A program made the position numbers and the translations under genes. From an uncultured Acidobacteriota bacterium (GTDB taxonomy: Bacteria > Acidobacteriota > Blastocatellia > RBC074): DNA of 64,000 nucleotides. The stretch lies in assembly GCA_963796275.1 (NCBI GenBank), contig CAWCKY010000004.1, forward strand, positions 160,001-224,000, in the 5' to 3' direction. The notes under the pieces were generated by a model that saw only the letters and a list, made by a program, of their open reading frames with translations, was not told the origin of the DNA and searched no databases. This document shows, piece after piece, positions 34,185-45,562 of this stretch. The number at the start of each line of letters is the position of its first letter. Position 1 is the first letter of the stretch.

Positions 34185-36951
34185 ATGAGATTCAATTCAA
34201 TCGTGAAACCATCCTTGACCTTTTTCTCCCCGCTTATGGTGATTTTTTCCCTTTTTTTCCCGATAAATGTCGCAGAAGCACATCGACTTACTTATCTGGT
34301 AAAAGATTCGGGAGACATCAAGGGAATCGTCAAAGACTCTTCCGGCGCATCGGTCAGCCAGGCGACAGTCGAGTTGACCAACTCACAGCAGGTATCGATT
34401 CGCAGGACTGAAACGGATATGTCCGGGCAGTTCCGACTCGAGGGGGTTAAATCAGGCTCCTATGTCATCCACATACTGCGTTCCGGGTTCGTGACATTGC
34501 GCGAGGTCGTGCATGTTACAGCCGACGGGACCGTTGAACTGGATATGGTCCTGGGCGCGGGTCAACTGAGCGAGCAGGTGACTGTGACTGCCGAGACAGG
34601 TTCAGCTCAGGAAAAAGAGAGGGTGCCGCAGCAGGTCAATGTAATCCCGGAAGGAGCGGTCACCCAGCGCACGACCGCGGTCCTGGCGCAGGTGGCCGAC
34701 GAAGAGGTGGGAATATCTCTCCAGCGCACCAGCCCGACCATCGGGGCCGTTTTGGTACGTGGATTGACGGAGGTCGGCGTCTATGTAGATGGGGTGCGTT
34801 ATACCAACTCTACGCAACGCGGCGGCATCAATACATTCTTCAATCTCAACGAACCGACTGCCCTTAGCAGTGTAGAAGTGCTGCGCGGCCCCAATACGGC
34901 GCAATATGGTTCCGATTCTTTGGGCGGTACGGTACAACTGATCACTCGCCAGCCTAACTTCGGTCATAAGCAGTCGAAGCTCCACGGGGAGTCAAATACA
35001 TCCTTCAATAGCGCCGATCGCTCTTTCGGCGGCAATATGTTGCTGAACTACGGCGCTGAGCGGTTTGGAGTCCTGGCCAACCTCAACGGCCGCCGGATCA
35101 ATAACCTGCGTCCGGGCGGCGGAATCGACTCTCACTCGGCGATCACTCGTTTTCTCGGGCTTCCCTCTGACATCGCCGGCGTATCGAGGCCGAGCGATAC
35201 AGCGTTCACACAATACGGTGGCACGATGAAGATGACATTTGCGCCGGCGGCCGATCAGAGCATCGGTCTTCATTATCAGCGAGCTCAACAGGACGGCGGT
35301 AAACGCTACGATCAATTGCTGGGGGGCGATGGGAATCTGGTGGCCGACCTGCGTAACCTGATGCTCGATTTCATCTATGCCCGATATTTCAATCATGGTG
35401 TGGGATTTTTCGACAATTTCTCGGCGACCTTCTCGTATAACAGCCAGCGCGAGGAGCGGGTCAACCAGGGCGGCAATGGTAATCCGCTGGCCGCGATTAC
35501 GCACGACCGAGAGCGCACAAGCAGTTATGGATTCAATTTCTATTTCGATAAACGGCTGGCGAACAGAAACAACCTCCTCATCGGCGGCGATTATTACCAC
35601 GATCGCGTAGATGCTCCCTCGTATTCGCTGGATCCGGCCAGCGGAATTTTCACCACGACAAGGCCTCGTGTTCCGGACGGTGCGCGATACATCCTGGCGG
35701 GCCTCTATGCGCAGGACGCCTTTGACGCGATCCCGAATCGGCTCAGATTGAGCGGCGCCTTACGCTACAACGTCGGTTCCTACCAGTCGCGCGCGGCCAA
35801 TAGCCCGCTTATCGATGGACAGCCGCTTTTCCCTGACGACTCGTTGCGCGTCGGCGATTTTTCGGGACGAATAGGCGCATCCGTGACGCTAACCCAAGGA
35901 TTCAATCTGGCTTTCAACTTCAGTCGCGGATTTCGCGCCCCGAACATCACGAGCCTGGGTTCGGTCGGATTAGTCGGGGTCGGATACCAGGTCGCGGCCA
36001 GCGATCTTCAAGGTCTGGGCGCACTCATCGGATCAACGGCTGACGAAAGCGCGGTCTCGAGTGGAGTGAGTGTGCAGCCGCTGAAATCGGAGACGAGTAA
36101 TAACTACGATGTCAGCTTGCGTTATAACAGCCGGCGTGTTCAGACGGAGATCACCGGATTCATCATCAACTACGATAATACGATAGTCAGACAAACCCTG
36201 ATCCTGCCTCCCGGGGCAGTAGGCCGGCAACTTGGCAGTCAGGTCATCGAGAGCCAGAATGAGAATGGCGCCGTTTTCGTACCATTATCTTCAGCGCCGG
36301 TCCTGGTCCAGGCTAACTTCAGCGCGACCCGGCTCTCCGGCATAGAATATTCGCTCAATTACCGCCTGACTAACTCCTGGTCCTTCAGCGGCAATTACAC
36401 ATTCATCCGCGCGGAAGAGAGGGAGACCGGTCTTCCTCCCAATCTGGGTGGAGGCGGAATCCCGCCACAGTTGGGGTTCGTCAGCGTACGCTATCAGCCC
36501 GACGGGCGAAAATACTGGATTGAAACCTATTCCACCCTGGCAGGCAAACAGGATCGCCTCTCCTCCTTGGATATATCGGACCGTCGCACCGGAGCGGTGC
36601 GATCGCGAGCCAACATTCAGAATTTCTTCAGGCGAGGCGCCTGCGTATACGGATTGACCACGCCCGGGATCTAATGGCCAGTGCGGCTCCGGCGGCGGGA
36701 GGTTGATAGCCACGGGCGAAACGCTGGAACAGGTTCAAAATAGGGTTTTGGGGGGTGCGGATTCCGCACCGCTATTTTCGGCCATTCCCGGATATGGGCT
36801 GATAAATCTGCGCGGCGGCATGAGGGTAGGGGAGAATCAGGATGTGATGATAGATTTTGAGAATATCGCCGATAAAAGTTATCGGGCGCCCGGCTGGGGG
36901 ATCGATGGCCCCGGACGCAGCGTCACGGTGAGGTACCGATACCGGTTTTAA
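34185..36951 (+). CDS. TonB-dependent receptor with N-terminal carboxypeptidase-regulatory-like domain; one frameshift near 36663
   Basis: Plug motif VEVLRGPNTAQYGSDSLGG, barrel motif RGFRAP, terminal ENIADKSY...RYRYRF. Removing one C in CGCCCGGG joins the two ORFs (TTPGSNGQCGSGGGRLIATGE). Start codon choice is inferred. Confidence 0.88.
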
Positions 36952-36983
36952 AGTTAAATCTCATTGGGTATATTACATCCATT

Positions 36984-37544
36984 ATGCGATGTTTTATTGC
37001 TATCGAAGTTCCATCAGAGATCAAGGCAGCACTCATAGAGCTGCAGACTGATCTGAGTAGCGCCGGCGCTGATGTGGCCTGGACAAATCCGGACAATGTT
37101 CATCTCACCCTTAAATTTTTGGGTGAGATCAACAAGAAATTGATCAGCGAGGTCGAGAAGGTCTGTCACGATACAATAGCTGAAGTGCCGCCATTTGAGC
37201 TGAGCATCAATGGCATCGGCCTCTTCCCTAATGCACGACACCCGCGTGTCCTGTGGATCGGGCTCGGTGGTGAAATCGAAAAACTCGAGCGATTACAGGA
37301 GCGGCTCGACGAGCGACTGGCCGAAATCGGATTTGATAACGAGGAGAAAGATTTCCAAGCGCACCTGACTGTCGGCCGCATCAGATCGAATAAAAACCTG
37401 CGCGAGTTGCTCGCCAGATCGGTCGGCTACTCGCTGCCGGAGCTCTCATTCGTGGTGAAAGAGATCGTTCTTATGAAGAGCGATCTCCTGCCGACGGGAG
37501 CGTGCTACTCGGAATTGGCGAAAGCCCAATTCAGGGAAAAATAG
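36984..37544 (+). CDS. thpR: RNA 2',3'-cyclic phosphodiesterase (2H phosphoesterase)
   Basis: MRCFIAI start and two HxT motifs (HLTLKFLG, AHLTVGR), plus PRVLW. Confidence 0.9.
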   Translation: MRCFIAIEVPSEIKAALIELQTDLSSAGADVAWTNPDNVHLTLKFLGEINKKLISEVEKVCHDTIAEVPPFELSINGIGLFPNARHPRVLWIGLGGEIEKLERLQERLDERLAEIGFDNEEKDFQAHLTVGRIRSNKNLRELLARSVGYSLPELSFVVKEIVLMKSDLLPTGACYSELAKAQFREK

Positions 37545-37573
37545 TTGGAGCGAGATGGCTCCATCACAAGACG

Positions 37574-37640
37574 CGCAAAAGGGAACATAAAATCACAAAT
37601 TGTCATTGCTGTGATTTTTGTGTTCCCTTTTGTGTTTTCC
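37574..37640. terminator. Imperfect inverted repeat between convergent genes
   Basis: CAAAAGGGAACATAAAATCACA ... TGTGATTTTTGTGTTCCCTTTTG. Confidence 0.55.
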
Positions 37641-37664
37641 GGATGCCCTTGAATCCCTTCCGCC

Positions 37665-40488
37665 TCAGAGCGTGATCCCTTCATCGCTTCGGCCCAGGAT
37701 GCGCGCGACGACCTTGGCAAGCTGCACCGGTTCGACCGGTTTCGACAGGTGTTGCTGAAAGCCGGCTGAAAGGGCGCTTTCCTTGTCCGATACACCAGCG
37801 AATGCGGTCAATGCGATAGCCGGCACCTCACCTCCCTCTTCCTCCGGAAGCGCCCGGACCTTTTTGATCAGCGCATACCCATCCTCGACCGGCATCCCGA
37901 TATCGGAGACGAGTACGTCCGGCTTCCATTGGGAGAGGACATCCATCGCTTCGGCAGCGGAGGCGGCAGCGCGCACCTCGGTACCGTACCGAGAGAGCAT
38001 GACGCTGAGGATACTCGCGAGTGTCGTGATCATCATCGACAACCAGCACCTTGGCTCCTCGTAGAGATGAGGTCCGCGTATCTGGCTGTTTTTCCGGACG
38101 AATGGGCCATAAACCGCCGGCTTCCACATCGCCCTGCTGCGCCCCCAGCGGCAAGGTGATCATAAAGTCTGATCCCTGCCCGATCCCGCGGCTGTACGCG
38201 TATATTGCGCCACCGTGCAGCTCAACCAGATGCTTGATAATAGCCAGCCCGAGACCTAAGCCCCCCTGCTGGCGGCGCGACGAGCTATCGCCCTGACGGA
38301 ACCGATCGAATATGCGCGGGAGAAACTCGGGATCGATTCCCTGCCCCGTATCGCTGACAATAAGCAGGGCTTTGTTCTCCAACCGCTCGAGACGGACTTC
38401 GATCAATCCGCCAGGCGGCGTGAATTTGATCGCGTTAGAGAGCAGGTTCCAAACGATCTGTTTCAATCGTTCGACATCGCCATTGAAAGGACCGACCCAC
38501 GGCTCGAGAACGATCTGCATCCGCAATTCTTTGCCCTCGACCATGGGGCGCACCGCGTCGACGGCTGCTTCGACGATGGACATCAACTCGACCGGACGAA
38601 TCTCCAGGTTGAGTTTCCCCGTAGCAATGCGCGATGCGTCGAGCAGATCGCCGACCAGATGGGCCTGCGTCTTCGCGTTGCGCTCGATGGTCAACAACGC
38701 CCTATCGAACGAAGCGCGATCGAGCGTGCCGGATCGCAGCATCTGCGCCCAGCCCAGGATGGCGGTGAGCGGCGCCCTCAACTCGTGCGAGATCATCGCC
38801 AAAAAGTCATCCTTCAGGCGGTTCGCATCTTCCGCAACCTGCCGAGCCTCCTGCTCGCGGCTGAGCAGATCTGCGCGCTCCTCCTCGATGCGTACCCGCT
38901 CGACTTCCGACTTCTTGCGCTCCGTGATATCGCGCACGATGCCCGTAAAGGTTTGCCTGCCGTCTTTGACAAACTCGCTGAAACTGACTTCGACCGGGAC
39001 GTCCCGGCCATCCTTATGCCATCCCATCAATTCTATTCCCGCATATCCCCAGAAATTGCTCCGGTGTTGGCAGTGCATAAGCGTCGTCAATTTCTGTCCG
39101 ATGATCTCCGATGGTATATAGCCGAATATCTTCTCAACCGCCGAATTGACGTATTGGATCGTGATCTCTTCGTCCACCGTGAGGATGACATCAGATGCGG
39201 TCTCGGCCACGATGCGATAGCGCTCTTCGCTCTCGTGCAGGGCGGCGGCCATCCGTTCGCGTTCCGTGATGTCACGTATCTGGCTCATGACGATCGTCCC
39301 GTCCTCCGTAACAATCTGGCGCCGCGTGATCTCCGCCAGGAATTCGCGACCGTTACGGCGGATGACCGAGAATCCGACCTGATCGCTCACCCCCGCATCT
39401 CTTCCTATGGGAACCTCATCATCCAGCTCGAAATCATCCAGCTCGAGCAGCATATCCTCATCGGGGTCATCAGACTCTAGAGCCAGTCCAAGGCGACCCG
39501 ACTGTATTGTTTGTGCAGATTGGCCCGTTTGCCCATTCTGCCCCGTAGGTCCCGTTTGGCCCGTCTGCCCCGTCTGGCCGGTCTGCCCCGTCTGCCCCGT
39601 CTGCCCCGTCTGTCCTATTTGTCCAGATTGCCTCGTTTGCCCTGTTTGTCCGATTTGTCCAGATTGTCCCGTATGCCCCGTTTGGGCTATATTTCCAGAC
39701 TTTCCCAACTGTCCGGTTTTCCCCAGTTGACCCGTCTGCCCGATTTGCCCCGTATGCCCCGTTTGTGCATTTGAGGAATCGGGCAAAAGCATAGAGACTG
39801 GTTGGCCGAGCAGTTCCTGGCGATCCACTCCGAAGAGCTTCTCGGTTTGCGAATTGACGAGCACGATCTGACCGTCCTGATTCGCCAGCACAATTGCATC
39901 GGGAGCGAATTCGAGCAACTCCTGGAATCGCGTTCGCGCGGCAACCAGGCTATTGATGAGGCTGCGGTTCTCACGCATATCGCGCGCGACGGCGAGCACG
40001 CCCGTGATCTTGTTCTGTTTGTCCTGCATCAGACTCAGCGAAAAACTGACCGGGATCGTCAGGCCACTCATCGTTCGGATATCGACTTCGAGATTGGGCA
40101 ACCTTCCCGTGGGAGCCAACTCCATCAACTTCCACGGTGTGGCTGGAATTTTCTCGGTGCCACAAACCGCCCTCAACGGGCGTCCGATGATGGAGGACTC
40201 CGGATATTCGAGCAGGTTGGCCGCCGCGGGATTGACCCGGATGACGCGGCCCGACCGGTCCGTCAGAAAGAGCGCCTCCGACATAGACGAGACCACGTGT
40301 TGAAAGAGATCACGCGTTTCGGCGATCTCCGCAGTACGCCGCTCTAGCTCGAATTGCGCATTGGTCAGCTCGGTGTAAGCGCTCTGTAGATTTGCGAACA
40401 TATCAAGCCGGGCAGCCTCGTTCAATTTGCGCGTATTCTCCTGTCGATCGTCATCATCTTCTCTGAATTTCCAGCCCAGTAATTTCAT
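37665..40488 (-). CDS. Cytoplasmic hybrid sensor histidine kinase (coiled coil - 3 PAS - HisKA - HATPase - REC); frameshift near 38010
   Basis: H-box [10 protein letters not shown]-box [11 protein letters not shown]1 DTGQGI, G2 GLGLGL. REC domain VLVVDDD...VSDIGMP...KP is split over two frames. GGAGG RBS; no transmembrane segment seen. Confidence 0.9.
39497..39768 (-). repeat. Degenerate 9-bp tandem repeat encoding about 30 Gly-X-Y (mostly GQT) triplets
   Basis: GTCTGCCCC-type units on the + strand; protein [12 protein letters not shown]...[18 protein letters not shown]. Confidence 0.9.
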
Positions 40489-40849
40489 TATTCCTCCAGG
40501 TAGGTTCCTCTATCCGTTCGCGCGATTCTGAGTTTTGCTATATCAGTGAAGCACCTCAGCTCTATATTTGGTACTCCGGATCAGGTTGAATCATGTATAC
40601 CGGTTGGTTTCCAGCGGGGCGAATAATGCTCTATGATTCAAGTTTCAACAAGATTCCAGGGGGGCGAAACTAATGCATCGCTCTCGCTTCTAACGAATCT
40701 CAAAATAATTCTAAAATTAGTACTATAAATATTCCGCCTCGCCGAGGCTGTCAATGAAAATCAGGATGACCGGCATCCTCTCTCCATTTTTCCAGTGCCA
40801 AACCAGCGTCAAATTAGTTAGCGCCGGCTCTCAATGACAATTGGAACTG

Positions 40850-42682
40850 TTATGGATCAAAACTGCGAATTGTTCGCAATATATCGATCCCCGTAAAATC
40901 GTCGGGCTTACTGAACGCTTCGAGCAGCGGCGTATTGATGATCGCCTGTTCATATGGGCCCGGCTTGCCGAATGGGTCCTGCGGCGATCCCATCCACTCG
41001 GAAGGAGCGACGATCCGGTAATTTGCGATGCGGCCGCGTCCAATCACTACATGGTGAATCAAGGCGCCCTGCGCGTCTTCCCAAAAACCCACGCCGACAG
41101 CCTCCTCCCGCACTCTATAGGGTTTTGACATCGCCACGTCTCGGCGCTTAAGGCAATCGAAAGCCTTCAAGAGGTATGTCAACGCGATAATGCCGCAGTA
41201 GCCGATATGATAGGCGCGCGCGCGAATGCGATCGAGCGCGTTCGGTCTTTCCGGTATCTGCCAGCGCAACCTTCTGGCCGGTAGTTGAAAACGTGGGAGA
41301 TCGATCTCCAGTCCCATGCCAGCAGCACCGCCGCTGACCGCCTGGATAAACTCGCTCTTCAATTGACCGCCCGCCGCCGTGATCCACTGCCTCGCGAGCG
41401 GACCGGATTCAACCGCCTCACGATCCCAACGTGGCGCCATGTTCCAGCTATACCGGTCCATCCAGTGACTGCGCCCGGGCGCTGGAACCGTATGATTATT
41501 CCATGGATGCAGAGGCGAAAGCGGGATACCCAGCGGATCGACGATCACCGCACCATCATCCCCCTTTTGATAAAAAGAACGGTTGGTAAATTCTTCAATC
41601 CCCGCGTTTATCTCCGATAAACGAACGGTCCTTAATTTACCATTAATTATCACTCCTGGCGTCACAAGCCTACGCACACCCCAGTTATTGGAGTTTTCAA
41701 ACTTCGCATTGTAGCGGGAAGGATCATCCCACATACCCGCCGAGATCAGATTCGCGGGCAAGTAACCGGCGTGATGATAGCGCGCATCGATCTTATAGAA
41801 GAAATTGGCCAGGTCATCCCATATAGCCGCGGTCTTCTTGGCGTAGTCAATCAAGTGATTCAGGCGGCCCAGGACTTGATTGAATATTTCTTTGTCGGGA
41901 AGGATGCCGACTCCGCCGGGAAAGATCGCGGATGGGTGCGGATACTTACCGAAGACGAGCGTAGCGATCTCGCAAGCGATGCGAATCATACCCAATGCTT
42001 CGCGGTAAAGCGCGCCGCTCATCGGGTTCATCTCCCGCATAATGTCGGCGATCGTTTGGTAGCCGTGTAATGCGGAAAATTCGGCCTTCGACTCCTGAGC
42101 TTTAGCCCAGATCGTCATGCTCGTGCGGCTGATCGTCGCCTCCGAATAATCAGGTCCGGATTGCACAAAGAGATGGCGAGTGAGCGATGCCATCAACTCG
42201 GCCGCCGCTCCCAATCCGCGCGTGATAATCGCGAGAGGTGGCGGGGCAATATCCAGCGCCATCTCCAATGCCATGGCCGAGGCAATAGCGTTTGCCCCGG
42301 CGCCCCACCCGCAAATACGGCTGGCGATCGGCACGGCATCAGCCGGCAACCGGCCTTTGAGGATCTGCTCGAGATCCCAAAAATTGGTTTTCTCAACTCG
42401 CGCATCGAGTACCCGGCGGTTTTTGAAGTCTATGATGGCTCGTAGCGATAAGGGATTCTTCGCGCGCGCCAGCGGGTCGACTTCGAAATAACGAGCATCG
42501 GGATTGTTCGCCGCCTCCTCTAACCGCCGTTCGTGGTCCGAGTTCGCTTCAGTCTTAACCGTCCGACCAATTGCCTGCGGTCCGGCAGCCCCTGTCACCG
42601 CAAAGGGATCGGCGGGTCCTCGCAAACGCAACTTCCCCTGACCGCGGGAGTCGAGATCGATTGGCAGATTTTTGAAGACCAT
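40850..42682 (-). CDS. [NiFe]-hydrogenase large-subunit homolog B, metal-binding motifs degenerate
   Basis: Start MVFKNLPIDL matches the paralog. DPLAR, SRICGWG (second L1 Cys lost), GKYPHP, HPWN, R(I)RAR, PGPYE; ends [11 protein letters not shown] with no L2 CxxC. Confidence 0.88.
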   Translation of the reverse strand: MVFKNLPIDLDSRGQGKLRLRGPADPFAVTGAAGPQAIGRTVKTEANSDHERRLEEAANNPDARYFEVDPLARAKNPLSLRAIIDFKNRRVLDARVEKTNFWDLEQILKGRLPADAVPIASRICGWGAGANAIASAMALEMALDIAPPPLAIITRGLGAAAELMASLTRHLFVQSGPDYSEATISRTSMTIWAKAQESKAEFSALHGYQTIADIMREMNPMSGALYREALGMIRIACEIATLVFGKYPHPSAIFPGGVGILPDKEIFNQVLGRLNHLIDYAKKTAAIWDDLANFFYKIDARYHHAGYLPANLISAGMWDDPSRYNAKFENSNNWGVRRLVTPGVIINGKLRTVRLSEINAGIEEFTNRSFYQKGDDGAVIVDPLGIPLSPLHPWNNHTVPAPGRSHWMDRYSWNMAPRWDREAVESGPLARQWITAAGGQLKSEFIQAVSGGAAGMGLEIDLPRFQLPARRLRWQIPERPNALDRIRARAYHIGYCGIIALTYLLKAFDCLKRRDVAMSKPYRVREEAVGVGFWEDAQGALIHHVVIGRGRIANYRIVAPSEWMGSPQDPFGKPGPYEQAIINTPLLEAFSKPDDFTGIDILRTIRSFDP

Positions 42683-42834
42683 AGATTGGTGATTGCTGAT
42701 TATTGATTGCAGGGGGATTCTCCACAAAAACCGCATAAATACAAAAGACACAAAAGAGATCTTTTCTTTCTTGTGCCCTTTGTCTTTTCGTATTTTTTTG
42801 GGTGAATCTCTCTCCGCGATCCGCCATCAAGATG

Positions 42835-44625
42835 TTACGGATCGAAGCTGCGAATCGTTCGTAAAAGATCAATGCCTGTGAAATCTTCCGATCGCGTACA
42901 TTCTTCGAAGAGTGGCGTGTTGATCACCGCCGCCTCGTAGATGCCGGGCAATCCCGATGAATCGCGTGGTGATCCCATCCACCCGGTTGGAGTGGTGATC
43001 TGGTAGTTTGAAATGCAAAGATTCCGGTTGACGATGTGATGGGTGATGGCGCCGCTGCTGCTCTCCCAAAATCCGGCGCCGATCGTTTTTTGCGGGATGA
43101 ACTGACCGGCCGACATCCCGGTCTGTCCAGTCCGCACCAGATCGAAGGCTTTGAGCAGGCTGGCATATGCGGTCAGGCCGGCATATGCCATTTGATATGC
43201 GCGGGCGCGGTTGCGCTCGAGTGTGTTCGGCTTTGCCGGTATCTGCCAGCGTAATGTGATGGCCGGCCGCGTGCCCATCGGCATATCAAACTCCAAACCA
43301 TAGCGGTCCTGCCTGATAAATTCACAATCAAGACTTCTGCTCAATGCGTTTACCCAAAGAAGCGCGATCGGCCCCGTCTCCATCGACTGGCGATCCCACC
43401 TCGTCGAGGTGCTCCAGCTGTAGCGATTCTTCAATTGACGTTCAGCCGGATCGGGAATCGTCTCCTTGTTCCACGGATGCAGGTGAGACAGCGGCATGCT
43501 CAAGGGATCAGTCGGAAACGAACAATGATTCCATTGCCGATAGAATGAGTGATCGATAAATTCTTCGATCCCTATGTTGATATCGCTCAGCCTCGCCGTG
43601 CGCCATTCCCGGTTAGTGATGATACCCGGGCTCGCCATTCGGCGCCTCGCCCATTCATTACAGTTCGCGTAACTCGCGTCGTAACTTGCGGGATCGTCCC
43701 AACACCCCACGCTCAGAAAATTTCCCGGCAATTCGCCGGCGAGGCGATAGAGCGGGTCTGCTTCATAAAAGAACTCTACCAGGTCGTCCCAGATCGCCGT
43801 AACTTTCTTCGAGTAATCGAGCAGCGTGCTGACGCGACCGAGAATCTGATTAAAAAGATCCTTGTCCGCTTCGATCCCCAATCCGCCAGGATAAATCGTG
43901 GTCGGATGCGGATACTTGCCGAAAATCATGGTGGCGATTTCGCATCCCAACCTCGACATCTGGAGAGCCTCGAGATAAAGCGGGCCGTACATCGTGTTCA
44001 TCTCGCGCATGATATCGGCGATGGACATCAGACCGTGAATCTCGACGCCAGGAGCCCTCGTCACTTGCGCTTTGGCCCATATCGAGAGGCTGGTGCGACT
44101 GACTGCGGCCTCGGAATAGTCCGGCCCGGTGAGCAGGAATAGATGGCGGGCGCATTCGCTCAGCATCTCGCCACACGATCCCAGATTCCGCGCGATGATC
44201 GCCAGCGGGGGCGGCGTGAGATTCCCGGTCATCTCCAATGCCATCGTTGCGGCGATCGCGTGGGCGCCGCTCGCTCGCCCACTGGTGCGGCAGGCGATCT
44301 GAGTTGCATCGAAAGGATTCCTCTCCTTCAACATCAGTTCAAAGCCGCAGAATTGCGTGTTTTCGACGTAGGCATCGAGCACTCGCCGTTGCTCGAAATC
44401 GATTATAGAATTCAAGACCAACCCGCCCGATGCGCGCGTCAACGGATCGATCGTGAAATTCCATACGTCCGGACTTTCGGCACCGCTTTCCATCGTTTGC
44501 TCTATCCCCGGCGCGCGATCCACACGGGGTTCTTCAACGATGTCGAAAGACGCTACCGGTCTATTGTCGTTCAAACGCGCTCGCCCGTAGGCATCATATT
44601 TGATTGGCAAACTCTTGAATACCAC
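42835..44625 (-). CDS. [NiFe]-hydrogenase large-subunit homolog A, metal-binding motifs absent
   Basis: GTG start. DPLTR, L1 region reads CRTSGRA instead of SRxCGxC, GKYPHP, HPWN, ERNRAR; ends [11 protein letters not shown]. Confidence 0.88.
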   Translation of the reverse strand: MVFKSLPIKYDAYGRARLNDNRPVASFDIVEEPRVDRAPGIEQTMESGAESPDVWNFTIDPLTRASGGLVLNSIIDFEQRRVLDAYVENTQFCGFELMLKERNPFDATQIACRTSGRASGAHAIAATMALEMTGNLTPPPLAIIARNLGSCGEMLSECARHLFLLTGPDYSEAAVSRTSLSIWAKAQVTRAPGVEIHGLMSIADIMREMNTMYGPLYLEALQMSRLGCEIATMIFGKYPHPTTIYPGGLGIEADKDLFNQILGRVSTLLDYSKKVTAIWDDLVEFFYEADPLYRLAGELPGNFLSVGCWDDPASYDASYANCNEWARRRMASPGIITNREWRTARLSDINIGIEEFIDHSFYRQWNHCSFPTDPLSMPLSHLHPWNKETIPDPAERQLKNRYSWSTSTRWDRQSMETGPIALLWVNALSRSLDCEFIRQDRYGLEFDMPMGTRPAITLRWQIPAKPNTLERNRARAYQMAYAGLTAYASLLKAFDLVRTGQTGMSAGQFIPQKTIGAGFWESSSGAITHHIVNRNLCISNYQITTPTGWMGSPRDSSGLPGIYEAAVINTPLFEECTRSEDFTGIDLLRTIRSFDP

Positions 44626-44716
44626 TGATTCCAGTTTCCAGTGTTCTGTTTTCAGTTATCAGTTTTCAGACAATCAAGATCGGCAACCACTAAAAACTGA
44701 ATTGAAAACTATTTTT

Positions 44717-45562
44717 TCAACCCGGGTCCGGACGGGCGAGATGAAGGAGGCGATCGGCGAAACCACGCTCGGTACAACCGATGCAACTCCCACCCACGCG
44801 GACACAACCGCCGAAATTCCTCAACCACCCATTGACCGGCACCGAGCAATTGACCGTCGGGCGGTTCGTCAGATCAATTCCGCCAGCCGGAGAATATTCG
44901 ACACGCGGTGGCAATGGATGTGTTTGGTGACTGAAAAGCCAGCGAGGACGGCGTTCCTCATCCAAATCGATGGGTACCAGTTGAGCTAAATGCAGAAAAA
45001 CGTAAATCAAGGTCTCAATAAAACCTTCACCTGTCGGAGCACAACCTGGAAGATTGATGACGGGCAATTTGGCCTGGCTTCTGAAATCCTGGCCTAGATA
45101 TTCATCGAGGCCGTTGGCAGCGATCGGGCTGCCGGCCGAAGCCGGAATACCTCCCCAGGTCGCACAGCTACCAATCGCTATAACCGCCTCGGCCCTGCGC
45201 GCCAGCCGGTCAACCCACGCGGCGGTCGTGATCGGCTTGCCATTCTGTGTCATTCCCAAACGTGAAAAGCTTCCATCTCCGGCGCGCGACTCGTCCGGGA
45301 TTGCACCTTCAAGCACCAGAACAAAGGGAGAGTAGGCGCCCTCGGCAGCGCGTTCGAGATGGGCGCGATACGAATCGCCGCTCTCCAGTGAAAATTCGGG
45401 GTGAATCATTACTACGCGAGGCACGTCGGGCACATTGCCCATAATTAAATCTTCTATCCCGGGTTCAGAGGCGCAGAGCATCGCCATCGTGCATCCGTTG
45501 CAACCAGCCCCGGTTAACCAGATCAGATGTACAGCCTCGAGCGATGTCCCTTCGCTCTGCAT
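44717..45562 (-). CDS. [NiFe]-hydrogenase small-subunit homolog (proximal and medial cluster cysteines present, distal ligands absent, no Tat peptide)
   Basis: [28 protein letters not shown], then NC...GGC...GGSCIGC. GAGGAG RBS. Confidence 0.88.
   Translation of the reverse strand: MQSEGTSLEAVHLIWLTGAGCNGCTMAMLCASEPGIEDLIMGNVPDVPRVVMIHPEFSLESGDSYRAHLERAAEGAYSPFVLVLEGAIPDESRAGDGSFSRLGMTQNGKPITTAAWVDRLARRAEAVIAIGSCATWGGIPASAGSPIAANGLDEYLGQDFRSQAKLPVINLPGCAPTGEGFIETLIYVFLHLAQLVPIDLDEERRPRWLFSHQTHPLPPRVEYSPAGGIDLTNRPTVNCSVPVNGWLRNFGGCVRVGGSCIGCTERGFADRLLHLARPDPG

Noticed and set aside
36660-38129. Programmed frameshifting or separate genes at the TonB receptor and kinase REC breaks
   Set aside because: Single-base indels restore canonical proteins, no slippery-site pattern is seen, and similar indels are widespread, pointing to sequencing error.
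39407-39730. Cys-rich (CPV)n ORF on the + strand resembling a metallothionein or RiPP precursor
   Set aside because: It is the antisense reading of the GQT repeat inside the kinase, with no RBS or modifying enzymes nearby.
42683-42751. Longer N-terminus (MSFVFMRF...) for large subunit B
   Set aside because: The extension runs through an intergenic repeat; the paralog aligns from MVFK at 42682.
40850-42837. Selenocysteine ([NiFeSe]) readthrough at the DP* stops of the large subunits
   Set aside because: Both stops are TAA, not TGA. No xxC..H follows in frame, and the L1 cysteines are also degenerate.
40850-45562. A functional H2-oxidising [NiFe] hydrogenase operon
   Set aside because: Only 0 and 1 of the 4 metal-ligating Cys remain, the canopy Arg is lost and no maturation genes are in the window.
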